35,578 bases of DNA, from IMG/VR virus record IMGVR_UViG_3300026543_000122, positions 1-35,578 of that record. One strand, given 5' to 3'. Each line of letters opens with the position of its first letter. The first letter of the stretch is position 1. Both the position numbers and the translations under genes were made by a program. This stretch comes from a virus. Its lineage: Duplodnaviria > Caudoviricetes. The notes beneath the pieces were generated by a model. The model was not told the DNA's origin. It did no database searches and saw only the letters and a list, made by a program, of their open reading frames with translations. Below are positions 6,498-15,931 of this stretch, piece after piece.

Positions 6498-8478
6498 TTG
6501 CGCCCTCGACTAACTGTTCCTCAAGCTGCTCGGATCTTGAAACAGACTGTAGGGCTTCGGAGAAAACAGTTCTCATGAATGTTTCAGATTCAAGGGCTTG
6601 CTTCATTTGACCGACCGTCATTTTCTTAAAGAGTTCATTTGTTTGACCGAGTGCGCCTGTCAGCATTTTGGTAGCTTCTCTCTGTCTCAGTGACACCCTT
6701 GGTGAAAGCTGAGTGAGCGATACGATTCCCCCACCACCTAGCCCGAATCCTCCAGCACCAGCACCGAGTTGAAGAAGACCGACCTTCGGTACAATGGGAA
6801 CAAACTTCTTAGCGGTGTCTAAGATGACAAGTTCTCCGAACTCTTTCTCGCTTTTCTTTCCTCCAAGCTGAACCAACTTTTCAACAAGGCCTTTGGCTTT
6901 TAGATTCTTATCGGAAGCTGAAGCCATTTTTGTGGATAGTTGTTCAATGGTATCTTTCTTTAAAATTCTTCTTCCCTCTACTACAGCTGCTCCGAATTCA
7001 TCATAGAGCTGAGAGAGTTTGAAGTATTCTTTTCCAAGCCCAGCTGACTCGAATGTCTCACCTAGGCTTTGCCGGAATCCAGAAGCTGCTTTATTAACAG
7101 CTCTTCCAACTGCTTCTGGGACATCTCCCTTGAGCGAGTCAGTTTGAATCTTATTTAGAGTTCTGTTTATCCCGGTGAGAGCCCTGGTGCCGGCCTTTCC
7201 TTTGAGAGGCCTAATCCTTGAGAATGCCTGCAGGGTGTCATAGATCTTTTTTACTTGCCGGAAAGTTTTCGGGTCTAAGGACTCAATCTCAAGACCTCGG
7301 CCGGTTCTCAGAGAGATATCGTCAGGTCCGAGCTCAACGAATTTTCCTGATTTATCGAGCTTTCCGAATCCAGAATCAATGATATTTCTTTGAGCCGAAG
7401 ATACGTTTTTTTGTATATCAAAGGTGATGTCTTTGGCCTTGGTTCCAAGATCATCAAGCAGCTGCCCATACTTTTCAGGTAAAGCTTTAGTTCCTCTTTC
7501 CAGAATGGACCTAGTAAGATTGTTACTGTTAGCTGTCATCTTCTCAATGGCCTGACTTTGGCTGGCACCCTTAAGATTAGTTGCCACAGCTTTGGCAACG
7601 TCGTCGGTTTTTTCCAGCATCACTCGGTAGGCTTGGGGCCCCGTCCCGGTGAGAGGACCATATACTTGAGAAATAACTTCCTTCGTTCCATCGGAAACAT
7701 TTGCCTTTACTGCGGCTACCTTAGCAGCTGGCTTTGATCCAATTGCTTTAAAGGCTTTAAAGAGTCCTTTCACTGTAGGCCTAACCCCAAGAGCGAGTCC
7801 TTGACCACCTAGGGTGAAGATACCTTCAAGCGCGATATCTCTTAATTGCTCAGTGGGTGTTGCCTCGAAAGTGCCGACCAGTCTTCCAAGTGAAGTTCTG
7901 ATTGTTTCCCCAAAAGCTCCTCCGAGACCTGCTCCAACTATTGATCCAGCAATAGCTCCACCCGGAACGGGTGTTGCTAATCCAATGGCCGCACCGAACG
8001 AGGCGCCTTTTATAGATGCTGCAATGTTTGGTCCAAGCTCAACGCCTAGTTCAACGAGATCAGCCATTGCTTCAGAGATATCCCACGCATCTCCTTTTAG
8101 GATGTTGGGATCAATCTTTTTCCAAAGACCGTCCGTGTCTTTAACAACAATTCCCTGGTCTTCATCAAGATCTACCTCACTAAATTTAGCCCTTAAAAAG
8201 TTTAGTGATCCTTTAACGTTTCCGGAAGCAACCTTCGCTCTATCGATAAGAGAAAGGGGGGATTTGTCAATGGCGGTATTCTTGGTGTTAAGTTCAATGT
8301 CAACATTGTTGGGATCAACCTGTTGTGCAGCTAGAAATTCTCTTGGATCAAAGTCAAGTTCGTTCCCTTCTTTATCTGCCGCAATGATGTTTCCATTTTC
8401 CTCAACAGCTTTTAGAGTGAGGCCCTTTGAGCCGAGGAACTCCTGGACATTGAAGGAAAGCTCTTCACCATTTGCCAT
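6475..8478 (-). CDS. Internal virion/DNA ejection protein (large)
   Basis: 667 aa, helical, with Gly/Ala-rich hydrophobic segments; last of three such genes after the tail genes, as in podoviruses. Confidence 0.65.
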   Translation of the reverse strand: MANGEELSFNVQEFLGSKGLTLKAVEENGNIIAADKEGNELDFDPREFLAAQQVDPNNVDIELNTKNTAIDKSPLSLIDRAKVASGNVKGSLNFLRAKFSEVDLDEDQGIVVKDTDGLWKKIDPNILKGDAWDISEAMADLVELGVELGPNIAASIKGASFGAAIGLATPVPGGAIAGSIVGAGLGGAFGETIRTSLGRLVGTFEATPTEQLRDIALEGIFTLGGQGLALGVRPTVKGLFKAFKAIGSKPAAKVAAVKANVSDGTKEVISQVYGPLTGTGPQAYRVMLEKTDDVAKAVATNLKGASQSQAIEKMTANSNNLTRSILERGTKALPEKYGQLLDDLGTKAKDITFDIQKNVSSAQRNIIDSGFGKLDKSGKFVELGPDDISLRTGRGLEIESLDPKTFRQVKKIYDTLQAFSRIRPLKGKAGTRALTGINRTLNKIQTDSLKGDVPEAVGRAVNKAASGFRQSLGETFESAGLGKEYFKLSQLYDEFGAAVVEGRRILKKDTIEQLSTKMASASDKNLKAKGLVEKLVQLGGKKSEKEFGELVILDTAKKFVPIVPKVGLLQLGAGAGGFGLGGGGIVSLTQLSPRVSLRQREATKMLTGALGQTNELFKKMTVGQMKQALESETFMRTVFSEALQSVSRSEQLEEQLVEGAIGQATQQ

Positions 8479-8480
8479 TG

Positions 8481-9428
8481 CTATCTCCTTCTTCTTAGAC
8501 CAGGAATTTGATCAATGGGGCTAACTCTTGTGGCTCCCCCAGTGGGGCTCAATTCGGTTCTTCCTACTATTGGTATTTCTTCTTTTTGTAAAAGACCGCC
8601 TCTGGCTCCAAGTCTCTTTTTCACAATGGGTAAAGCTTTTCCGGATTCAGCTTCTAATGCAGCTATTGCAGCTGCTCTGTTTTCAATCTTTTGTCTAACG
8701 ACTTCTTCAGAATCACCAGCTCTTGGAAAGTATTGTTTCTCTGCAGAATCAAATTCGGATTGTGCAATGGCAGCACCAGACTCACGTCTAAGAACAGCAT
8801 TGACAAAGTTTCTCTCGGCTTGTTCCTGTTGTTTGAATTCACTAGTTTTGAATCTCTCTGCAATATCTGGGATGAATCTTTGAGCCTCTGCACCAACACC
8901 GGTTGGATCAAATCCTTTTTTCTTCAGCTTTTTAAAAACTTTATCTGCTTGCCCAAGTCTTGTCGCGAATAGAGCCGCTTCGAATTGGTTTGAGCTTGGG
9001 GGTTTTCTTTTCTCTGCTCTTTTCTTGAATTCTTCCCTCAGTTCTAATTTTTGTCTTTCGGTTTTCAGGGGATCTTTAATCTTCTTTTCAGACTCAAGAA
9101 GTTTTTCAGCTCTAGCAACTTGTGCTTCAGTAAACTCGTCGGCGTTTAAAACAACCTGCAGAGCCGATTGGGCAAACGGTGCTTTGGGTCCTGTTATTGA
9201 TTCGGTGAGCCCACTGATCTGAGATCCAGAGAAACCTCCGGAAATCGCAAGCGAAGAAGCAAGACCAGATGCGACTCCTTGCAATTGTTTTCTTCTTTCT
9301 GTCTCGTCTTCAACGTTCGCTCTAATGTCTGAAACCCTTGCATTGGCTCTGCTGATTGCGATAGCTCCACCGAGCCCTTTAATCTGTTGAGAAAATCTGG
9401 CGAATGCATCACCTAATATGTCGGCCAT
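8481..9428 (-). CDS. Internal virion/DNA ejection protein
   Basis: QAERNFVNAVLRRESGAAI..SEF..AEKQYFPRAGDS motif, which I recall from podophage ejection proteins; gene position fits. Confidence 0.65.
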   Translation of the reverse strand: MADILGDAFARFSQQIKGLGGAIAISRANARVSDIRANVEDETERRKQLQGVASGLASSLAISGGFSGSQISGLTESITGPKAPFAQSALQVVLNADEFTEAQVARAEKLLESEKKIKDPLKTERQKLELREEFKKRAEKRKPPSSNQFEAALFATRLGQADKVFKKLKKKGFDPTGVGAEAQRFIPDIAERFKTSEFKQQEQAERNFVNAVLRRESGAAIAQSEFDSAEKQYFPRAGDSEEVVRQKIENRAAAIAALEAESGKALPIVKKRLGARGGLLQKEEIPIVGRTELSPTGGATRVSPIDQIPGLRRRR

Positions 9429-10208
9429 TTATACTCCCACTCCGCCGCCACCAGCAGCAAGCCCGGCGGATGCTAAGCTTGATGCAGCGCCCAGCCCACC
9501 AAAGAAGCCCGCAATCGCCCCCTTGGTTCCACCGCCAGATGTTTGAATTTGTCCGGCTCTTCCAAGCTGAAACCCTCTCTCACCCTGGAGCAGACTCTGC
9601 CCAAGCGAAACAACAAGCTGTCGATTAGCAAAAGCTTGCTGTGACAGATCTTGAAGTACTCCGACTCTTTGGGCTTGGAGTCCAAATCTTTCTCTGGGTC
9701 GTCTGAATAATTCGCCCTCTTCAAATGCTGCACGTTGTGCTGCGATCTGAGTGGATCCTGTCACTCTTTGCTGAGCGAGCTTGGCTCTTAAGATTGGGTC
9801 ATCAGCTTCACGCCCTAATAGAGCGGCCTGTCGAGTAGTATCAATTTCTGCCTGAGCCAACGCTTGCTGAAGAGCGAGTTGCTGAGGTTGGAAGAGAGTT
9901 CCACCGAGTCTCCTTGAAGCGGAGATATCTTCAGCGCTAGCTTGAAACCCAGTCTCACCCAGCTGACCGAGTATTGCTGCGAAATCTCTTTGAGACTGAA
10001 GGCCTGCTTCAACATCAGCTTGTCCAGGGCCAACTGAAGCGAACTGGGCTATGTCGAGGAAGTCCCCCTGGATCTGCCTTCCCAGTTCCTGCTGAAACAA
10101 AGAAGCGCCAGGCAAACTTAATGAGGTTTCAGCAACGTCCTTCTTTGCTCCACCGATTGCCCCCAACGCTCCAAGACCAATTGCACCGCCAAACGCTCCG
10201 ACACCCAT
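9429..10208 (-). CDS. Internal virion/ejection protein (P22 gp7-like architecture)
   Basis: Gly/Ala-rich hydrophobic N and C termini with a Gln-rich core. Confidence 0.6.
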   Translation of the reverse strand: MGVGAFGGAIGLGALGAIGGAKKDVAETSLSLPGASLFQQELGRQIQGDFLDIAQFASVGPGQADVEAGLQSQRDFAAILGQLGETGFQASAEDISASRRLGGTLFQPQQLALQQALAQAEIDTTRQAALLGREADDPILRAKLAQQRVTGSTQIAAQRAAFEEGELFRRPRERFGLQAQRVGVLQDLSQQAFANRQLVVSLGQSLLQGERGFQLGRAGQIQTSGGGTKGAIAGFFGGLGAASSLASAGLAAGGGGVGV

Positions 10209-10604
10209 TTAGATTAACCTCGTGAAATATGTCATCTTTTCATGCCATTCTTTGAAACGATGTTTTCTGGCCCGTTCAATCATCCGTTTATTAGAGATTA
10301 TACCAAGAGCCATCTCTTTCCTGTAGGACTGAGCCACTTTTATTATATCAACAACGACCTTATCCAATGCCTGATTAGTTAGATTATAGTCCTTTACATC
10401 AGGATTTTTAATAAAATGATCGAGTAAACATACCGCAGAATCCGTCATGTAGGCAAAGGCACAGCATATTGGGACACCGCGGTAATACACCATCAAACCA
10501 TGTTTCGGAAGATAGCGAGTCGGGATGACCGGGATCTTGTAGTGCTCTAGCCAGCTTCTGAATATCTTGTAATGCTTAAACGTTTCAAACGGTACGGATT
10601 CCAT
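10209..10604 (-). CDS. GNAT-fold virion assembly protein (T7 gp13-like position)
   Basis: 131 aa between tail and ejection genes; LP.HGL...PICCAFAYMTDS pattern. Confidence 0.5.
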   Translation of the reverse strand: MESVPFETFKHYKIFRSWLEHYKIPVIPTRYLPKHGLMVYYRGVPICCAFAYMTDSAVCLLDHFIKNPDVKDYNLTNQALDKVVVDIIKVAQSYRKEMALGIISNKRMIERARKHRFKEWHEKMTYFTRLI

Positions 10605-10608
10605 TCAC

Positions 10609-11610
10609 TTAGTTACTGACCTTGATGATGTGAAAGTACACGTTGTCGTCAGAGTTTGTAAAGTTTGCACTGCCGTCGGTATGAGCCCTGATCACGTCTG
10701 TAGCCGCCGCTATGAAAGTCACACTGAGATTCACCACGTTCGGGTCGCTTAGCTTCGCTATGGAGAGCCGGTCAGTTACGGTGATCGTCGGGATACCAGT
10801 TGTTAGCTGAGAGCTATTTCGAGATATACCCATGTTGGGTGTACCCGCACCAACCACATCTGTGTAAGAGGCGGTGTAAACCCCGTCTTCATTGAGTGTG
10901 AAAGTAGAACCATCAGCCGCTGTATCGGCAAACGTAATGGCCGTTCCGATATTCTCCTCTGTCGTGGTGAAGCGTCTAATCACTGTGTTGGTTGAGCCGT
11001 GACCGTTTCCGGTATGAACTCGGAACTCACTCCGAATAATATCAGCAGGGATTGAGCCGTAATAGTTCGTGCCGTCGAAGTAAAGCTCTAGGGCGTCTGT
11101 GTCAGTGTCGGTGTTAGATAATACGGGGTCCAGATCGCCCGGCCATTTCACAGCCGCTGGCCAGACGACATCCCTTGCCGTAGCCCCCTGAAGAATTAGA
11201 ACTCTATAAGTGGCGCCAGTGGTTGGGTTAGAGAGCGTGAGAGTGACATCACCTGAAGCTGATCCGAGGTCAAGCTGCTGGATGTTTCCGTTATCCCAGT
11301 CGAGTGTTTGAGTCGTTCCAGAAGGAGAGACTTGAGTGGCTTGGGTGTTACCGATATTCTTAGCAAGTTTAATTGTCGTGACATTGTTATCGGAAAGCTT
11401 AGCGGTCGTGACAGCAGAGGCGTTTAGCTTTACAGTCGTAACTGAGTTTGAAGCCAGTGAGTTAGCATTGACACCGTTTGTTTGAAGGTTGTCTGAATCA
11501 AGCTTGGTTGTGTTGATGAAGGTAGTGATTGAGTCATTCTGCGCATCGATTTGAGCTTCTGTCAAAACCGTATTGGCGGCATAATTTTTTGTAATCGTTA
11601 AAGTTGGCAT
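10609..11610 (-). CDS. Tail fibre
   Basis: N-terminal anchor, 10-aa xxxxVTTxKL repeats, a WPAAVKWPG module and a C1q/TNF-like C-terminal domain (FTLNEDGVY). Confidence 0.75.
   Translation of the reverse strand: MPTLTITKNYAANTVLTEAQIDAQNDSITTFINTTKLDSDNLQTNGVNANSLASNSVTTVKLNASAVTTAKLSDNNVTTIKLAKNIGNTQATQVSPSGTTQTLDWDNGNIQQLDLGSASGDVTLTLSNPTTGATYRVLILQGATARDVVWPAAVKWPGDLDPVLSNTDTDTDALELYFDGTNYYGSIPADIIRSEFRVHTGNGHGSTNTVIRRFTTTEENIGTAITFADTAADGSTFTLNEDGVYTASYTDVVGAGTPNMGISRNSSQLTTGIPTITVTDRLSIAKLSDPNVVNLSVTFIAAATDVIRAHTDGSANFTNSDDNVYFHIIKVSN
11365..11455 (-). repeat. Three 10-residue fibre repeats (ASNSVTTVKL/NASAVTTAKL/SDNNVTTIKL); boundaries approximate
   Basis: Visible in the translation. 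Confidence 0.6.
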
Positions 11611-13583
11611 TAAGTTCTCACCTCATAGTTTACACCAGCGTCTTCAAATTCTACTAAAAATCCCTGAATCTCAACCGTCTCACCACTCTGGTTATGCTCT
11701 ATGTCGAACTGGATGGATCTTCCTAAGCCATCAATCGTTCGGGCAAAAGGAGATAAAACCGAGTCAGCTCCGAGAGTCGACTGATCCAAAATAAAATCAA
11801 CGTCCAGTTGATCGGCATCTCCGAACTCTGAGTACTGAAGAGTTTGCGTGGGAAGGTTGTCGATCATGATTGAAACCGTAAAAATCCCAGGTGAAGCAAA
11901 GATCGGGGCAAACCTTTTAAAAGCTTTCATCGTATAGATCTGTCCGTCTGGAAATATCCTGGCTGACGAGATCTTATAGAACACACTCACACTTGTTCCA
12001 GCAAAGTTCGTGTCGTTACTTGATCCAATGTCTGTCTTAATTAGGCGGTTATTAAACCCCCCCAGGTAAAACCGATCCTTGTCGGAATCGTCTGCTGTCA
12101 TGATCGAATCGCACGGGAGTGAATCAAACCCCCGGTACCACTGCCCCTTAGTGATGTTGAAAAACCAACCTGAATTATTCTTTCCAGAAGAAGTGCTAGA
12201 GGGAAAAAGAATCTCTGAATTGACCTTGCTCTGAGTGAAGCAAAAGCAAACTGAGTTGATCCTAGGGAGATAAGAAGCCTGAACTTTATCAAGCCTCGTT
12301 AAATCAAAGTCGTCATTAAAGGTTTTCTGAATGTCGCCTGACAGGAAGGTCTTATCGAGATTGCCGAACTTATTGGTAGCAATGATGGAATGAACTCCCC
12401 TAGTGCTGACGAACACGATGTCATTGTCAGTTGCTGCTACAGCGTTATGATTAACACACCCAATGGAATCGGTGATGAGTCGAATGCTAAAAGTCTCAGG
12501 GAAAAAACCGCTGACCTCATAGAGTCTCGTTCTCTTTGCAACAATCAGCACTCCATTAAAGCTCGGGAATATCGCCGTGATGCCTTCTTTGTCACCGTCT
12601 CCTGATCCTATTCTTAGAGCGCCACTATCGCCCCTACCTTGAAACTCCTCGCAGTCTGACGTTGTAGAGTAGTGAAGAAGATCGACATCATCCTTATCGT
12701 TCATCCAAAGACGCCCGATATGCTTTCTGGCGAACGATGCTTTCGGCACAGCATCATGCCCCTTGGTGGTAACAGTCACTGTAAACCCTGTGGTGCCAGC
12801 GTTTGGTGCAAACTTAAACCCATCAGTCGAAGAGGTAATGGTGATCGTAGCGGTTGAAACGGATGTCGAAAACTTAGAGTCTGCATTAATCACGGTACTA
12901 GTGGCAGAGGCAACCGTGCTTGCGCTGTCATTTGTAACGATGGTTGTAATTTCAATCGCTCGATCAGCAGCAGCTGCACCCGTGGGAATGGTCGTTCCTG
13001 AATCGTCCACGTCATACCAGAAGGCTACCGAACCTACATCATCAAACAGAGTAAAGAAAGTTCCATCGAGTGAATCTGAAACGTCAGCAACACAAACACA
13101 AGAAGTGATCTCAGCGTTTGAGCCGAGATCAAAGATGCTCGTCCCCGTTCCTGTCCATTTATGAACCGTGTCAGTCGTGGTGTCAGTCGTTAGGATCACC
13201 TTATTCTGAATGATCTCAACTCCAGCAATGGCGGGAGTCCCCGTCCAGGCCGTAGCACTTCCGTCAACGGTGAGTGTGGTCCTAGCACCAGAGGTTGTAT
13301 ACTCATACACATCCCGACTGTCAGATATTCCTACATACCTCTGAGTCTTAGTTCCGCTCGTTCCAAGATGAGTGTCAGATATCTTAAGAAGGATGTCGGT
13401 CGTTGCTGTAGCGTCATCAAAGTTAAAGTTAATGCCGTCTCTTTTTTTCTTTGAGCTTCTCTCAGCTTGAATGATATTAGCGCCTTCTCGAAGCTGATTG
13501 GGTGAGATGAGGGATTCCTCAAGAGAGGTATTGACCCCACCGTCCCAAGGAATCTGAGCAAAGACTCTAGTGGTTAGAGGCAC
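11610..13583 (-). CDS. Tail nozzle / tubular protein B (beta-propeller)
   Basis: WDGGVNT N-terminus, GRLW..LHYS, IGCVNH..V..NDIVFVS..GV motifs; follows the adaptor. Confidence 0.75.
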   Translation of the reverse strand: MPLTTRVFAQIPWDGGVNTSLEESLISPNQLREGANIIQAERSSKKKRDGINFNFDDATATTDILLKISDTHLGTSGTKTQRYVGISDSRDVYEYTTSGARTTLTVDGSATAWTGTPAIAGVEIIQNKVILTTDTTTDTVHKWTGTGTSIFDLGSNAEITSCVCVADVSDSLDGTFFTLFDDVGSVAFWYDVDDSGTTIPTGAAAADRAIEITTIVTNDSASTVASATSTVINADSKFSTSVSTATITITSSTDGFKFAPNAGTTGFTVTVTTKGHDAVPKASFARKHIGRLWMNDKDDVDLLHYSTTSDCEEFQGRGDSGALRIGSGDGDKEGITAIFPSFNGVLIVAKRTRLYEVSGFFPETFSIRLITDSIGCVNHNAVAATDNDIVFVSTRGVHSIIATNKFGNLDKTFLSGDIQKTFNDDFDLTRLDKVQASYLPRINSVCFCFTQSKVNSEILFPSSTSSGKNNSGWFFNITKGQWYRGFDSLPCDSIMTADDSDKDRFYLGGFNNRLIKTDIGSSNDTNFAGTSVSVFYKISSARIFPDGQIYTMKAFKRFAPIFASPGIFTVSIMIDNLPTQTLQYSEFGDADQLDVDFILDQSTLGADSVLSPFARTIDGLGRSIQFDIEHNQSGETVEIQGFLVEFEDAGVNYEVRT

Positions 13584-14840
13584 CTAAAAGACCTCCCAAA
13601 ACCTACGCGTTCTGTTGATGGCAAGAATACTTCTCTTCGTCTCTAGGTATCTTTTGTTGGGAACAATCTGAGGATTGTCTTTTGAGTCAGTGAGCTTTGC
13701 CTTCATTCGTCCTAGCTTATTCTGGAAGAGAGCGAAGTTACCCGTTGCGACCGAATCGTTTCTAGCCTTGACCCAAGCTCTGGATAGAGCTCCGTAGAGA
13801 ATCACCACTCGGTCTTCAATCGGAAGGATCGGTTCGTCCGTGTCGTTTAGCATGACATCGATCTGCCTGATGTAGTCGATGTGAAGTGTGGTGTCCTCGT
13901 CAAAGAGATGTGGGTAAATGAGAAGCCTTCTGTACGCTTCCCCAGCTCCCTCGACATTAGCTTTCGTGATAGTCATTGTGGCGTCAGCAACTGCTGATTC
14001 CTGCAGGGGCTCTAGAGCGGTGTAGGTGACGGTGTCGTCCGTGTTATCGGTCGTTGTAACTGAGCTACAAATGGAATCAATGTTGTAGTCTTCTTTTCCT
14101 GCTAGTCGGATCCTAAGCCTATCGCCGACATCAATGCGTCTCGTGGTGCTGTCGTTAGTGTCACTTCTTATGGTGGAAGAAAACTTGATGGTGCGAATCA
14201 GTCCGCTTGACGCCCTTGTTGAAATCGAAGGAAGCCCAGAGATTGAGCTATAGGGATCTGGATCCCGAAAGTCACCAGTTGTATAGAACCGGGGCCTACC
14301 CTCAAAGAAGGGGTTAGCCGATTCGATTCTCCTCATCTCCTGCTGACCAATTCCTTCTATCACCTGGGAATCAAAGTCGTGCCAGACCTCAAAAGTCTCT
14401 TTGCAATCAGAAGGAAGGGGTAGTGATTTGTCGTAGACCTTGTAGGGTGCCACAGTATTAGTCGTGCCGGTAAAATCCACAGTCAGCACAGCAGCAGTTG
14501 CCGCGGCAACGTGAGAGCGGATGGTGTAGATCTCGTTATGTCCGTCAATCTTAATATATTTTAGTTCTTGAGAATCAGCCGGGGCTGAGGAGAAGGTGAA
14601 GGATTTTGAGCCCTCAGTCACGCTCAGCGTTCCAGTCGTGACGAAAGCCTGATGCTGAAGGTCCACCTGGCTTCTCGCCCACCACCAGTTAGCAAAGGGA
14701 AGGACCTCGTCTAGATAAACGATATTCACGTCCCGTTTGATTCTATTAACGATGGTCGTGTCGTTACTCGGAATCGCGAGCTCTTCGATCACCGCTGTAT
14801 AAATGTCCCGAAACGTCCTCAGCTCAAATTTAACGGCCAT
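13584..14840 (-). CDS. Head-tail adaptor / tubular protein A with inserted beta domains
   Basis: TFxDI..V..EL N-terminus, LPSDCKE, GRPRFY, and IYP...D.P.LP...VILYGAL C-terminus. Confidence 0.7.
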   Translation of the reverse strand: MAVKFELRTFRDIYTAVIEELAIPSNDTTIVNRIKRDVNIVYLDEVLPFANWWWARSQVDLQHQAFVTTGTLSVTEGSKSFTFSSAPADSQELKYIKIDGHNEIYTIRSHVAAATAAVLTVDFTGTTNTVAPYKVYDKSLPLPSDCKETFEVWHDFDSQVIEGIGQQEMRRIESANPFFEGRPRFYTTGDFRDPDPYSSISGLPSISTRASSGLIRTIKFSSTIRSDTNDSTTRRIDVGDRLRIRLAGKEDYNIDSICSSVTTTDNTDDTVTYTALEPLQESAVADATMTITKANVEGAGEAYRRLLIYPHLFDEDTTLHIDYIRQIDVMLNDTDEPILPIEDRVVILYGALSRAWVKARNDSVATGNFALFQNKLGRMKAKLTDSKDNPQIVPNKRYLETKRSILAINRTRRFWEVF

Positions 14841-15148
14841 TAGATTTGACTCTCGCCCACCACTACTGTTGCTACTGCGTTACTCAAAGTCTTGACCCTG
14901 ATGCCGTTTGGGAAAAGGATCGGCTTATCAGAGAAATCGAAATAAGCGGTATCTCCGCTCGTTGCCACCCTGAGATCCAACTTCAAGATCTCATTAGAAT
15001 TATTATCCGCTAATACTATTCTACCATTTGCAGCGGTTGCCGTAAGAGTGATGTAGTTGGCCTTGATATTCTTCTCATCGAGAGCGTCAGGGTCACTTAT
15101 GTGCTGCGTGTCAATATAGAAGGTATTGGCGTTTCTTACATTGGCCAT
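14840..15148 (-). CDS. Small virion structural protein
   Basis: Beta-rich, with a PILFPNGI motif typical of small phage decoration-like proteins. Confidence 0.55.
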   Translation of the reverse strand: MANVRNANTFYIDTQHISDPDALDEKNIKANYITLTATAANGRIVLADNNSNEILKLDLRVATSGDTAYFDFSDKPILFPNGIRVKTLSNAVATVVVGESQI

Positions 15149-15483
15149 AGTCTAATCCCCATGATGACTGCGCCCACTCCTAAAGTTAAGACCGCCATTG
15201 CCGATAAGATGAAGACGAGTTCCGTTCTCCGAGTGGGATCAAAGGCGTCCTCACCGTTTTGTTCGATATATTTAATCCGGTCTAGCTTCTCTCCTCGAAG
15301 CATCTCCTTAACATTACCGTTTCTCGTTTGTTTCCAAAAGCGCATTTCTGTGTTTTTAACCCTTGAGATATCGGGTTCCACCAAACACGAAGCGCTCCTT
15401 CGATGAAGAAAGGAGAGTCGCGAGGGTCTCATAATTACGTTACTTTTTGTCAGAATGACTAGGTTCTTTTTCTTTAGGATCAT
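15136..15483 (-). CDS. Hypothetical protein with C-terminal TM helix
   Basis: LVFILSAMAVLTLGVGAVIMGI; overlap-coupled to neighbours. Confidence 0.55.
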   Translation of the reverse strand: MILKKKNLVILTKSNVIMRPSRLSFLHRRSASCLVEPDISRVKNTEMRFWKQTRNGNVKEMLRGEKLDRIKYIEQNGEDAFDPTRRTELVFILSAMAVLTLGVGAVIMGIRLWPM

Positions 15484-15613
15484 CTTTACCGCTCAGCTCC
15501 TTTTCAATAAGTTTCAACGCCTCTTGCCAAACAGCATGAACCTCTAATGGAACTCCTGCTTTTGGACAGATAACCCTTAGTTGTTTCAGTGCGTTTTCTA
15601 TTTCTTGTTTCAT
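15440..15613 (-). CDS. 57-aa hypothetical protein (not in ORF track)
   Basis: GGGGA SD then ATG; MKQEIENALKQLRVICPKAGVPLEVHAVWQEALKLIEKELSG...; fills the gap. Confidence 0.6.
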   Translation of the reverse strand: MKQEIENALKQLRVICPKAGVPLEVHAVWQEALKLIEKELSGKDDPKEKEPSHSDKK

Positions 15614-15622
15614 TAAGTCCCC

Positions 15623-15928
15623 TTATGCATCGGTATATCCAGAATCAATTATCTTTAACTCATTATAAAAAATAGTGTAGTGATCAACCCCAGCCTTAGC
15701 AAGCTCTGTTAAATCAAGCGGGTAATCCGGCAAGCTAGGATCAGCATCCGCCCAGGCATAGGTTCTGGTTCTCACAAAACCGTCCGGATTCGCGTCACGG
15801 TAGGCCTTGTCTTTATATAGAGCGAGTAATATCTGAGCCTGATTCTTAGCCTTGTCATCGGCCACCGTAATAATTCGATGGTATTGATAATTATTACCGC
15901 TTAGGTCGACTATCTTATTTAATCCCAT
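15623..15928 (-). CDS. Probable tail-fibre assembly/chaperone-like protein
   Basis: Directly downstream of the long fibre; YHRI...LYKDK..R...Y.ELK pattern. Confidence 0.5.
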   Translation of the reverse strand: MGLNKIVDLSGNNYQYHRIITVADDKAKNQAQILLALYKDKAYRDANPDGFVRTRTYAWADADPSLPDYPLDLTELAKAGVDHYTIFYNELKIIDSGYTDA

Positions 15929-15931
15929 AAT

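Noticed and set aside
7814-8883. Long + strand ORFs (7814..8524, 8515..8883) antisense to the ejection genes
   Set aside because: Their Ser/Pro/Ala-rich translations are the expected mirror of the minus-strand codons, with no SD or motifs.
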